Shown here piece after piece: positions 26,699 through 38,647 of a DNA stretch of 64,000 nt. The translations under genes and the position numbers were made by a program. The first letter of the stretch is position 1. Each line of letters opens with the position of its first letter. Where the stretch lies: contig JBPQGU010000016.1 of NCBI GenBank assembly GCA_051362555.1, positions 6,138,001 to 6,202,000 on the forward strand, written 5' to 3'. The notes under the pieces were generated by a model. That model saw nothing but the letters and a program-made list of their open reading frames with translations. It made no database searches and was not told where the DNA came from. This DNA is from Lingula anatina (lineage: Eukaryota > Animalia > Brachiopoda).

Positions 26699-27717
26699 AC
26701 CAGTCCACCCTCCCCCTTCCCTCGACAGGCGAGACGCCTCTATTGTGCCAATCACGAAATGCCCTTTTCAGGGCCCCCTGTGTAGATCGGTATCTATAAA
26801 TCTCATACGAAGTAGGCGAGACACCTACTCTCTTATATTTAGACGCTCTTTCCCTATAATAAAGGCGAGAAGCCTAACACACTCTAAGAGTCGCTCTCTA
26901 CTCAGCACGGAATGTCCTTTTCAGGGCACCCTACATATATAAGTGACTATGTATCTCATACCAGGCAGGCGAGACACCTACCTTCCTATCTAAGACAAGT
27001 GGTTCTCATAATAAAGGCGAAAAGCCTAACACACTCTAAGAGCCGCTGTCTACTCTGCAAGGGGCGCTGTAAAAATACACGTCCTCAGAGGCCCAGCTCT
27101 GAATCGTGTTATTCTGGTAAAGTGGAATCTAACTAGGTCATGAGCCCACCACCCCCAACACTTAAGCTATTTGGCCCTGGGGCCGGCCGCAATGTGGGAC
27201 TGTCCGAACCGGGAACCGTCCCTTAACACTGGTTATTTTGTAGCTAGTGTTTTGGGTACTGGCGTGACGGGGTTTTTTCTGCTTTATCAGAACACGCCTT
27301 AACCTACGGATCACAAGAAACAAAATGATCTATGTACCTAAATACACGAACATATGATAATGATAATCACATACCACGTAGGCGAGACAACTACGTTCCT
27401 ATTACTCACTAGGGAACAATAGTAATAATCAAGAAAACCTGACAAACAACCACTAAAACCAAAATTTACACTTGTCGGGGGATTCTGTGCATACATTCTT
27501 GAATAGTCAAGACATAAGACACCGGACAATGGCTTGACAATCAGCCAATCACAAAGCTCCTTAATGACACACTTTTAGAACCAACGGGAAGCACACAACA
27601 CCACATAGCTCCTTAACGTCGGTGCTCCCCTCAGCAGGGTGTATACTTAAAGCAGCACACTCTCAATGGAAGGCATAAGTCTGGCAATACAGCAATTTCT
27701 TTCACAACGCGCTCACT

Positions 27718-28347
27718 ATGTATCATCAAACAAGTATCAGAGGAAAACGATCTCCTAGGGAATGGAAAAAACCTAGAAAAATGGAATCAAAAATCTGGCA
27801 TAGCACTGCACCACCCAGGGGGAGAATCCCCAAGAGACCGGCGCCAATTACAGCCGGCCCCCCAGGAGTCAACGGCAACCCCTACCACGACGAAGTCGTC
27901 AGAACAAAAGCTTACCTGAAAGGCTGCTCTGACTGGGCGGATCACATGCTCACACAACTCAGCAACAACGCCCACCATGTCAGATGCCGTGTAGACTTCA
28001 GGGGGTGCCCTGATGACGACATCCTTCTGGCAGCAATGATCAACATACAAGACAAGGCCGCAACGGAGCTTAAATCCGCGATCGAGGCCCACACGCAAGC
28101 TTTCGTAGACAAAGCTAAGGAAAGCTTAGCAAAGGCAGAAGAGAGGGAATCCAGGGCGGAAGAGCACTTCAACATCCACGGCGTGTACACGCCAGGAAAC
28201 CAACCCTCTACTTCAACGACCACAAACAACCAGATCATGGAGCAAATGAGACTCCTCATTCTCGCCATGAAGGACAAGAAGAAGAGCCGCGTGCTAGCCA
28301 GCAAAGTGAAACGAAGACTAACCTCAGCCAAGAAAACTACACTGTAA
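27718..28347 (+). CDS. 209-aa basic/coiled-coil protein of unknown function (unit 1; second ATG at 27781)
   Basis: Intact ORF; Arg/Lys/Pro-rich N-terminus, helical central region, Lys/Arg-rich C-terminus; frame conserved in the diverged copy. Confidence 0.7.
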   Translation: MYHQTSIRGKRSPREWKKPRKMESKIWHSTAPPRGRIPKRPAPITAGPPGVNGNPYHDEVVRTKAYLKGCSDWADHMLTQLSNNAHHVRCRVDFRGCPDDDILLAAMINIQDKAATELKSAIEAHTQAFVDKAKESLAKAEERESRAEEHFNIHGVYTPGNQPSTSTTTNNQIMEQMRLLILAMKDKKKSRVLASKVKRRLTSAKKTTL

Positions 28348-29228
28348 AATAGAAGCCACTGCTTCTACGTCCTCGGGAAAAACGGCCCTTTTCAGGGCCA
28401 CCCATTTCTACCAGGAAAAGCCAAACCTGAATGTTCAAATAGAGCGCAAAAATGCAAATAAAAGGCGAGATGCCTTCCCCACACTTATTTATAATCAATA
28501 AAGAAAAGAAAAGTCATTCTGGAGATAAAGCAAAATGCCATAATCTCACTTAGACCAAATTTTAAACACTTACAGGGCACGATCGACTTATAAGACACAA
28601 ACATCGCAAATAAAAGGCGAGATGATATCTCAGTTTATTTATAAGCAACAAGGAAAAAGCCTTCCAAAATTAAAAGAGGTGCCCGAAACCTATACAGACC
28701 ATCCCGGCAAATGAAAATTCAGTGTTAACACGCAAATGCACAGCATAAGAATACTAATAAATTTGATCCGAGGTTAAAAAACCTTGCCAAAAATGAAACC
28801 AAATAAACTACATCTAAACAGATAGGATCAAGATACACCACGAGAACAGCCAATCAAAACTCATAACTGAAACAACCAATCAGATCGCGGCCTCGTTCTC
28901 GATTTGACACAATTTCAACAAATCCTCAGTCGACCTCCGACTCTTGAGCCATTCACACGCTCGATTCATACCGTCCACTTTGACACAAGCGAGACACTTG
29001 TGATCAAGCATGTTACTATAAAGCCGAGATGGCTTGTATCATTCACAATGGCGAGACACCATTGATGAAAATCACTAAACAAAGCATGATACTTAAAAGC
29101 CGAGATGGCCCGTATCATCCACAATGGCGAGACACCATTGATGAAAACTTACTAAACAAAGGCGAGACACCTTTGCTTACCAGCCCTTACGTCCCTAAAT
29201 TTTTCCTTTTTTTTCTTGAATCGGACTC

Positions 29229-29273
29229 TGCAGCTGATGAAGGTCACTTGTTGACCGAAAAGCGCTTTCTGCA
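29229..29273 (+). ncRNA. Minimal hammerhead ribozyme (unit 2)
   Basis: Identical to 26654-26698. Confidence 0.85.
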
Positions 29274-30292
29274 ACCAGTCCACCCTCCCCCTTCCCTCGA
29301 CAGGCGAGACGCCTCTATTGTGCCAATCACGAAATGCCCTTTTCAGGGCCCCCTGTGTAGATCGGTATCTATAAATCTCATACGAAGTAGGCGAGACACC
29401 TACTCTCTTATATTTAGACGCTCTTTCCCTATAATAAAGGCGAGAAGCCTAACACACTCTAAGAGTCGCTCTCTACTCAGCACGGAATGTCCTTTTCAGG
29501 GCACCCTACATATATAAGTGACTATGTATCTCATACCAGGCAGGCGAGACACCTACCTTCCTATCTAAGACAAGTGGTTCTCATAATAAAGGCGAAAAGC
29601 CTAACACACTCTAAGAGCCGCTGTCTACTCTGCAAGGGGCGCTGTAAAAATACACGTCCTCAGAGGCCCAGCTCTGAATCGTGTTATTCTGGTAAAGTGG
29701 AATCTAACTAGGTCATGAGCCCACCACCCCCAACACTTAAGCTATTTGGCCCTGGGGCCGGCCGCAATGTGGGACTGTCCGAACCGGGAACCGTCCCTTA
29801 ACACTGGTTATTTTGTAGCTAGTGTTTTGGGTACTGGCGTGACGGGTTTTTTTCTGCTTTATCAGAACACGCCTTAACCTACGGATCACAAGAAACAAAA
29901 TGATCTATGTACCTAAATACACGAACATATGATAATGATAATCACATACCACGTAGGCGAGACAACTACGTTCCTATTACTCACTAGGGAACAATAGTAA
30001 TAATCAAGAAAACCTGACAAACAACCACTAAAACCAAAATTTACACTTGTCGGGGGATTCTGTGCATACATTCTTGAATAGTCAAGACATAAGACACCGG
30101 ACAATGGCTTGACAATCAGCCAATCACAAAGCTCCTTAATGACACACTTTTAGAACCAACGGGAAGCACACAACACCACATAGCTCCTTAACGTCGGTGC
30201 TCCCCTCAGCAGGGTGTATACTTAAAGCAGCACACTCTCAATGGAAGGCATAAGTCTGGCAATACAGCAATTTCTTTCACAACGCGCTCACT

Positions 30293-30922
30293 ATGTATCA
30301 TCAAACAAGTATCAGAGGAAAACGATCTCCTAGGGAATGGAAAAAACCTAGAAAAATGGAATCAAAAAACTGGCATAGCACTGCACCACCCAGGGGGAGA
30401 ATCCCCAAGAGACCGGCGCCAATTACAGCCGGCCCCCCAGGAGTCAACGGCAACCCCTACCACGACGAAGTCGTCAGAACAAAAGCTTACCTGAAAGGCT
30501 GCTCTGACTGGGCGGATCACATGCTCACACAACTCAGCAACAACGCCCACCATGTCAGATGCCGTGTAGACTTCAGGGGGTGCCCTGATGACGACATCCT
30601 TCTGGCAGCAATGATCAACATACAAGACAAGGCCGCAACGGAGCTTAAATCCGCGATCGAGGCCCACACGCAAGCTTTCGTAGACAAAGCTAAGGAAAGC
30701 TTAGCAAAGGCAGAAGAGAGGGAATCCAGGGCGGAAGAGCACTTCAACATCCACGGCGTGTACACGCCAGGAAACCAACCCTCTACTTCAACGACCACAA
30801 ACAACCAGATCATGGAGCAAATGAGACTCCTCATTCTCGCCATGAAGGACAAGAAGAAGAGCCGCGTGCTAGCCAGCAAAGTGAAACGAAGACTAACCTC
30901 AGCCAAGAAAACTACACTGTAA
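30293..30922 (+). CDS. 209-aa basic/coiled-coil protein (unit 2)
   Basis: Repeat copy; differs from unit 1 by one residue (N versus I at position 26). Confidence 0.7.
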   Translation: MYHQTSIRGKRSPREWKKPRKMESKNWHSTAPPRGRIPKRPAPITAGPPGVNGNPYHDEVVRTKAYLKGCSDWADHMLTQLSNNAHHVRCRVDFRGCPDDDILLAAMINIQDKAATELKSAIEAHTQAFVDKAKESLAKAEERESRAEEHFNIHGVYTPGNQPSTSTTTNNQIMEQMRLLILAMKDKKKSRVLASKVKRRLTSAKKTTL

Positions 30923-31803
30923 AATAGAAGCCACTGCTTCTACGTCCTCGGGAAAAACGGCCCTTTTCAGGGCCACCCATTTCTACCAGGAAAAGCCAAA
31001 CCTGAATGTTCAAATAGAGCGCAAAAATGCAAATAAAAGGCGAGATGCCTTCCCCACACTTATTTATAATCAATAAAGAAAAGAAAAGTCATTCTGGAGA
31101 TAAAGCAAAATGCCATAATCTCACTTAGACCAAATTTTAAACACTTACAGGGCACGATCGACTTATAAGACACAAACATCGCAAATAAAAGGCGAGATGA
31201 TATCTCAGTTTATTTATAAGCAACAAGGAAAAAGCCTTCCAAAATTAAAAGAGGTGCCCGAAACCTATACAGACCATCCCGGCAAATGAAAATTCAGTGT
31301 TAACACGCAAATGCACAGCATAAGAATACTAATAAATTTGATCCGAGGTTAAAAAACCTTGCCAAAAATGAAACCAAATAAACTACATCTAAACAGATAG
31401 GATCAAGATACACCACGAGAACAGCCAATCAAAACTCATAACTGAAACAACCAATCAGATCGCGGCCTCGTTCTCGATTTGACACAATTTCAACAAATCC
31501 TCAGTCGACCTCCGACTCTTGAGCCATTCACACGCTCGATTCATACCGTCCACTTTGACACAAGCGAGACACTTGTGATCAAGCATGTTACTATAAAGCC
31601 GAGATGGCTTGTATCATTCACAATGGCGAGACACCATTGATGAAAATCACTAAACAAAGCATGATACTTAAAAGCCGAGATGGCCCGTATCATCCACAAT
31701 GGCGAGACACCATTGATGAAAACTTACTAAACAAAGGCGAGACACCTTTGCTTACCAGCCCTTACGTCCCTAAATTTTTCCTTTTTTTTCTTGAATCGGA
31801 CTC

Positions 31804-31848
31804 TGCAGCTGATGAAGGTCACTTGTTGACCGAAAAGCGCTTTCTGCA
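31804..31848 (+). ncRNA. Minimal hammerhead ribozyme (unit 3)
   Basis: Identical to 26654-26698. Confidence 0.85.
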
Positions 31849-32867
31849 ACCAGTCCACCCTCCCCCTTCCCTCGACAGGCGAGACGCCTCTATTGTGCCA
31901 ATCACGAAATGCCCTTTTCAGGGCCCCCTGTGTAGATCGGTATCTATAAATCTCATACGAAGTAGGCGAGACACCTACTCTCTTATATTTAGACGCTCTT
32001 TCCCTATAATAAAGGCGAGAAGCCTAACACACTCTAAGAGTCGCTCTCTACTCAGCACGGAATGTCCTTTTCAGGGCACCCTACATATATAAGTGACTAT
32101 GTATCTCATACCAGGCAGGCGAGACACCTACCTTCCTATCTAAGACAAGTGGTTCTCATAATAAAGGCGAAAAGCCTAACACACTCTAAGAGCCGCTGTC
32201 TACTCTGCAAGGGGCGCTGTAAAAATACACGTCCTCAGAGGCCCAGCTCTGAATCGTGTTATTCTGGTAAAGTGGAATCTAACTAGGTCATGAGCCCACC
32301 ACCCCCAACACTTAAGCTATTTGGCCCTGGGGCCGGCCGCAATGTGGGACTGTCCGAACCGGGAACCGTCCCTTAACACTGGTTATTTTGTAGCTAGTGT
32401 TTTGGGTACTGGCGTGACGGGGTTTTTTCTGCTTTATCAGAACACGCCTTAACCTACGGATCACAAGAAACAAAATGATCTATGTACCTAAATACACGAA
32501 CATATGATAATGATAATCACATACCACGTAGGCGAGACAACTACGTTCCTATTACTCACTAGGGAACAATAGTAATAATCAAGAAAACCTGACAAACAAC
32601 CACTAAAACCAAAATTTACACTTGTCGGGGGATTCTGTGCATACATTCTTGAATAGTCAAGACATAAGACACCGGACAATGGCTTGACAATCAGCCAATC
32701 ACAAAGCTCCTTAATGACACACTTTTAGAACCAACGGGAAGCACACAACACCACATAGCTCCTTAACGTCGGTGCTCCCCTCAGCAGGGTGTATACTTAA
32801 AGCAGCACACTCTCAATGGAAGGCATAAGTCTGGCAATACAGCAATTTCTTTCACAACGCGCTCACT

Positions 32868-33497
32868 ATGTATCATCAAACAAGTATCAGAGGAAAACGA
32901 TCTCCTAGGGAATGGAAAAAACCTAGAAAAATGGAATCAAAAAACTGGCATAGCACTGCACCACCCAGGGGGAGAATCCCCAAGAGACCGGCGCCAATTA
33001 CAGCCGGCCCCCCAGGAGTCAACGGCAACCCCTACCACGACGAAGTCGTCAGAACAAAAGCTTACCTGAAAGGCTGCTCTGACTGGGCGGATCACATGCT
33101 CACACAACTCAGCAACAACGCCCACCATGTCAGATGCCGTGTAGACTTCAGGGGGTGCCCTGATGACGACATCCTTCTGGCAGCAATGATCAACATACAA
33201 GACAAGGCCGCAACGGAGCTTAAATCCGCGATCGAGGCCCACACGCAAGCTTTCGTAGACAAAGCTAAGGAAAGCTTAGCAAAGGCAGAAGAGAGGGAAT
33301 CCAGGGCGGAAGAGCACTTCAACATCCACGGCGTGTACACGCCAGGAAACCAACCCTCTACTTCAACGACCACAAACAACCAGATCATGGAGCAAATGAG
33401 ACTCCTCATTCTCGCCATGAAGGACAAGAAGAAGAGCCGCGTGCTAGCCAGCAAAGTGAAACGAAGACTAACCTCAGCCAAGAAAACTACACTGTAA
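32868..33497 (+). CDS. 209-aa basic/coiled-coil protein (unit 3)
   Basis: Repeat copy. Confidence 0.7.
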   Translation: MYHQTSIRGKRSPREWKKPRKMESKNWHSTAPPRGRIPKRPAPITAGPPGVNGNPYHDEVVRTKAYLKGCSDWADHMLTQLSNNAHHVRCRVDFRGCPDDDILLAAMINIQDKAATELKSAIEAHTQAFVDKAKESLAKAEERESRAEEHFNIHGVYTPGNQPSTSTTTNNQIMEQMRLLILAMKDKKKSRVLASKVKRRLTSAKKTTL

Positions 33498-34378
33498 AAT
33501 AGAAGCCACTGCTTCTACGTCCTCGGGAAAAACGGCCCTTTTCAGGGCCACCCATTTCTACCAGGAAAAGCCAAACCTGAATGTTCAAATAGAGCGCAAA
33601 AATGCAAATAAAAGGCGAGATGCCTTCCCCACACTTATTTATAATCAATAAAGAAAAGAAAAGTCATTCTGGAGATAAAGCAAAATGCCATAATCTCACT
33701 TAGACCAAATTTTAAACACTTACAGGGCACGATCGACTTATAAGACACAAACATCGCAAATAAAAGGCGAGATGATATCTCAGTTTATTTATAAGCAACA
33801 AGGAAAAAGCCTTCCAAAATTAAAAGAGGTGCCCGAAACCTATACAGACCATCCCGGCAAATGAAAATTCAGTGTTAACACGCAAATGCACAGCATAAGA
33901 ATACTAATAAATTTGATCCGAGGTTAAAAAACCTTGCCAAAAATGAAACCAAATAAACTACATCTAAACAGATAGGATCAAGATACACCACGAGAACAGC
34001 CAATCAAAACTCATAACTGAAACAACCAATCAGATCGCGGCCTCGTTCTCGATTTGACACAATTTCAACAAATCCTCAGTCGACCTCCGACTCTTGAGCC
34101 ATTCACACGCTCGATTCATACCGTCCACTTTGACACAAGCGAGACACTTGTGATCAAGCATGTTACTATAAAGCCGAGATGGCTTGTATCATTCACAATG
34201 GCGAGACACCATTGATGAAAATCACTAAACAAAGCATGATACTTAAAAGCCGAGATGGCCCGTATCATCCACAATGGCGAGACACCATTGATGAAAACTT
34301 ACTAAACAAAGGCGAGACACCTTTGCTTACCAGCCCTTACGTCCCTAAATTTTTCCTTTTTTTTCTTGAATCGGACTC

Positions 34379-34423
34379 TGCAGCTGATGAAGGTCACTTG
34401 TTGACCGAAAAGCGCTTTCTGCA
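34379..34423 (+). ncRNA. Minimal hammerhead ribozyme (unit 4)
   Basis: Identical to 26654-26698. Confidence 0.85.
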
Positions 34424-35442
34424 ACCAGTCCACCCTCCCCCTTCCCTCGACAGGCGAGACGCCTCTATTGTGCCAATCACGAAATGCCCTTTTCAGGGCC
34501 CCCTGTGTAGATCGGTATCTATAAATCTCATACGAAGTAGGCGAGACACCTACTCTCTTATATTTAGACGCTCTTTCCCTATAATAAAGGCGAGAAGCCT
34601 AACACACTCTAAGAGTCGCTCTCTACTCAGCACGGAATGTCCTTTTCAGGGCACCCTACATATATAAGTGACTATGTATCTCATACCAGGCAGGCGAGAC
34701 ACCTACCTTCCTATCTAAGACAAGTGGTTCTCATAATAAAGGCGAAAAGCCTAACACACTCTAAGAGCCGCTGTCTACTCTGCAAGGGGCGCTGTAAAAA
34801 TACACGTCCTCAGAGGCCCAGCTCTGAATCGTGTTATTCTGGTAAAGTGGAATCTAACTAGGTCATGAGCCCACCACCCCCAACACTTAAGCTATTTGGC
34901 CCTGGGGCCGGCCGCAATGTGGGACTGTCCGAACCGGGAACCGTCCCTTAACACTGGTTATTTTGTAGCTAGTGTTTTGGGTACTGGCGTGACGGGGTTT
35001 TTTCTGCTTTATCAGAACACGCCTTAACCTACGGATCACAAGAAACAAAATGATCTATGTACCTAAATACACGAACATATGATAATGATAATCACATACC
35101 ACGTAGGCGAGACAACTACGTTCCTATTACTCACTAGGGAACAATAGTAATAATCAAGAAAACCTGACAAACAACCACTAAAACCAAAATTTACACTTGT
35201 CGGGGGATTCTGTGCATACATTCTTGAATAGTCAAGACATAAGACACCGGACAATGGCTTGACAATCAGCCAATCACAAAGCTCCTTAATGACACACTTT
35301 TAGAACCAACGGGAAGCACACAACACCACATAGCTCCTTAACGTCGGTGCTCCCCTCAGCAGGGTGTATACTTAAAGCAGCACACTCTCAATGGAAGGCA
35401 TAAGTCTGGCAATACAGCAATTTCTTTCACAACGCGCTCACT

Positions 35443-36072
35443 ATGTATCATCAAACAAGTATCAGAGGAAAACGATCTCCTAGGGAATGGAAAAAACCTA
35501 GAAAAATGGAATCAAAAAACTGGCATAGCACTGCACCACCCAGGGGGAGAATCCCCAAGAGACCGGCGCCAATTACAGCCGGCCCCCCAGGAGTCAACGG
35601 CAACCCCTACCACGACGAAGTCGTCAGAACAAAAGCTTACCTGAAAGGCTGCTCTGACTGGGCGGATCACATGCTCACACAACTCAGCAACAACGCCCAC
35701 CATGTCAGATGCCGTGTAGACTTCAGGGGGTGCCCTGATGACGACATCCTTCTGGCAGCAATGATCAACATACAAGACAAGGCCGCAACGGAGCTTAAAT
35801 CCGCGATCGAGGCCCACACGCAAGCTTTCGTAGACAAAGCTAAGGAAAGCTTAGCAAAGGCAGAAGAGAGGGAATCCAGGGCGGAAGAGCACTTCAACAT
35901 CCACGGCGTGTACACGCCAGGAAACCAACCCTCTACTTCAACGACCACAAACAACCAGATCATGGAGCAAATGAGACTCCTCATTCTCGCCATGAAGGAC
36001 AAGAAGAAGAGCCGCGTGCTAGCCAGCAAAGTGAAACGAAGACTAACCTCAGCCAAGAAAACTACACTGTAA
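35443..36072 (+). CDS. 209-aa basic/coiled-coil protein (unit 4)
   Basis: Repeat copy. Confidence 0.7.
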   Translation: MYHQTSIRGKRSPREWKKPRKMESKNWHSTAPPRGRIPKRPAPITAGPPGVNGNPYHDEVVRTKAYLKGCSDWADHMLTQLSNNAHHVRCRVDFRGCPDDDILLAAMINIQDKAATELKSAIEAHTQAFVDKAKESLAKAEERESRAEEHFNIHGVYTPGNQPSTSTTTNNQIMEQMRLLILAMKDKKKSRVLASKVKRRLTSAKKTTL

Positions 36073-36953
36073 AATAGAAGCCACTGCTTCTACGTCCTCG
36101 GGAAAAACGGCCCTTTTCAGGGCCACCCATTTCTACCAGGAAAAGCCAAACCTGAATGTTCAAATAGAGCGCAAAAATGCAAATAAAAGGCGAGATGCCT
36201 TCCCCACACTTATTTATAATCAATAAAGAAAAGAAAAGTCATTCTGGAGATAAAGCAAAATGCCATAATCTCACTTAGACCAAATTTTAAACACTTACAG
36301 GGCACGATCGACTTATAAGACACAAACATCGCAAATAAAAGGCGAGATGATATCTCAGTTTATTTATAAGCAACAAGGAAAAAGCCTTCCAAAATTAAAA
36401 GAGGTGCCCGAAACCTATACAGACCATCCCGGCAAATGAAAATTCAGTGTTAACACGCAAATGCACAGCATAAGAATACTAATAAATTTGATCCGAGGTT
36501 AAAAAACCTTGCCAAAAATGAAACCAAATAAACTACATCTAAACAGATAGGATCAAGATACACCACGAGAACAGCCAATCAAAACTCATAACTGAAACAA
36601 CCAATCAGATCGCGGCCTCGTTCTCGATTTGACACAATTTCAACAAATCCTCAGTCGACCTCCGACTCTTGAGCCATTCACACGCTCGATTCATACCGTC
36701 CACTTTGACACAAGCGAGACACTTGTGATCAAGCATGTTACTATAAAGCCGAGATGGCTTGTATCATTCACAATGGCGAGACACCATTGATGAAAATCAC
36801 TAAACAAAGCATGATACTTAAAAGCCGAGATGGCCCGTATCATCCACAATGGCGAGACACCATTGATGAAAACTTACTAAACAAAGGCGAGACACCTTTG
36901 CTTACCAGCCCTTACGTCCCTAAATTTTTCCTTTTTTTTCTTGAATCGGACTC

Positions 36954-36998
36954 TGCAGCTGATGAAGGTCACTTGTTGACCGAAAAGCGCTTTCTGCA
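36954..36998 (+). ncRNA. Minimal hammerhead ribozyme (unit 5)
   Basis: Identical to 26654-26698. Confidence 0.85.
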
Positions 36999-38017
36999 AC
37001 CAGTCCACCCTCCCCCTTCCCTCGACAGGCGAGACGCCTCTATTGTGCCAATCACGAAATGCCCTTTTCAGGGCCCCCTGTGTAGATCGGTATCTATAAA
37101 TCTCATACGAAGTAGGCGAGACACCTACTCTCTTATATTTAGACGCTCTTTCCCTATAATAAAGGCGAGAAGCCTAACACACTCTAAGAGTCGCTCTCTA
37201 CTCAGCACGGAATGTCCTTTTCAGGGCACCCTACATATATAAGTGACTATGTATCTCATACCAGGCAGGCGAGACACCTACCTTCCTATCTAAGACAAGT
37301 GGTTCTCATAATAAAGGCGAAAAGCCTAACACACTCTAAGAGCCGCTGTCTACTCTGCAAGGGGCGCTGTAAAAATACACGTCCTCAGAGGCCCAGCTCT
37401 GAATCGTGTTATTCTGGTAAAGTGGAATCTAACTAGGTCATGAGCCCACCACCCCCAACACTTAAGCTATTTGGCCCTGGGGCCGGCCGCAATGTGGGAC
37501 TGTCCGAACCGGGAACCGTCCCTTAACACTGGTTATTTTGTAGCTAGTGTTTTGGGTACTGGCGTGACGGGGTTTTTTCTGCTTTATCAGAACACGCCTT
37601 AACCTACGGATCACAAGAAACAAAATGATCTATGTACCTAAATACACGAACATATGATAATGATAATCACATACCACGTAGGCGAGACAACTACGTTCCT
37701 ATTACTCACTAGGGAACAATAGTAATAATCAAGAAAACCTGACAAACAACCACTAAAACCAAAATTTACACTTGTCGGGGGATTCTGTGCATACATTCTT
37801 GAATAGTCAAGACATAAGACACCGGACAATGGCTTGACAATCAGCCAATCACAAAGCTCCTTAATGACACACTTTTAGAACCAACGGGAAGCACACAACA
37901 CCACATAGCTCCTTAACGTCGGTGCTCCCCTCAGCAGGGTGTATACTTAAAGCAGCACACTCTCAATGGAAGGCATAAGTCTGGCAATACAGCAATTTCT
38001 TTCACAACGCGCTCACT

Positions 38018-38647
38018 ATGTATCATCAAACAAGTATCAGAGGAAAACGATCTCCTAGGGAATGGAAAAAACCTAGAAAAATGGAATCAAAAAACTGGCA
38101 TAGCACTGCACCACCCAGGGGGAGAATCCCCAAGAGACCGGCGCCAATTACAGCCGGCCCCCCAGGAGTCAACGGCAACCCCTACCACGACGAAGTCGTC
38201 AGAACAAAAGCTTACCTGAAAGGCTGCTCTGACTGGGCGGATCACATGCTCACACAACTCAGCAACAACGCCCACCATGTCAGATGCCGTGTAGACTTCA
38301 GGGGGTGCCCTGATGACGACATCCTTCTGGCAGCAATGATCAACATACAAGACAAGGCCGCAACGGAGCTTAAATCCGCGATCGAGGCCCACACGCAAGC
38401 TTTCGTAGACAAAGCTAAGGAAAGCTTAGCAAAGGCAGAAGAGAGGGAATCCAGGGCGGAAGAGCACTTCAACATCCACGGCGTGTACACGCCAGGAAAC
38501 CAACCCTCTACTTCAACGACCACAAACAACCAGATCATGGAGCAAATGAGACTCCTCATTCTCGCCATGAAGGACAAGAAGAAGAGCCGCGTGCTAGCCA
38601 GCAAAGTGAAACGAAGACTAACCTCAGCCAAGAAAACTACACTGTAA
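38018..38647 (+). CDS. 209-aa basic/coiled-coil protein (unit 5)
   Basis: Repeat copy. Confidence 0.7.
   Translation: MYHQTSIRGKRSPREWKKPRKMESKNWHSTAPPRGRIPKRPAPITAGPPGVNGNPYHDEVVRTKAYLKGCSDWADHMLTQLSNNAHHVRCRVDFRGCPDDDILLAAMINIQDKAATELKSAIEAHTQAFVDKAKESLAKAEERESRAEEHFNIHGVYTPGNQPSTSTTTNNQIMEQMRLLILAMKDKKKSRVLASKVKRRLTSAKKTTL

Noticed and set aside
26454-26942. 162-aa ORF repeated in every unit (also the 74-aa and 63-aa ORFs)
   Set aside because: It overlaps the ribozyme and hairpin subrepeats, and the frame is not preserved in the diverged copy (23731-24990). Its recurrence is explained by array identity alone.
27787-28331. Antisense ORFs of 103 and 129 aa
   Set aside because: They are shadows of the 209-aa ORF with no independent motifs.
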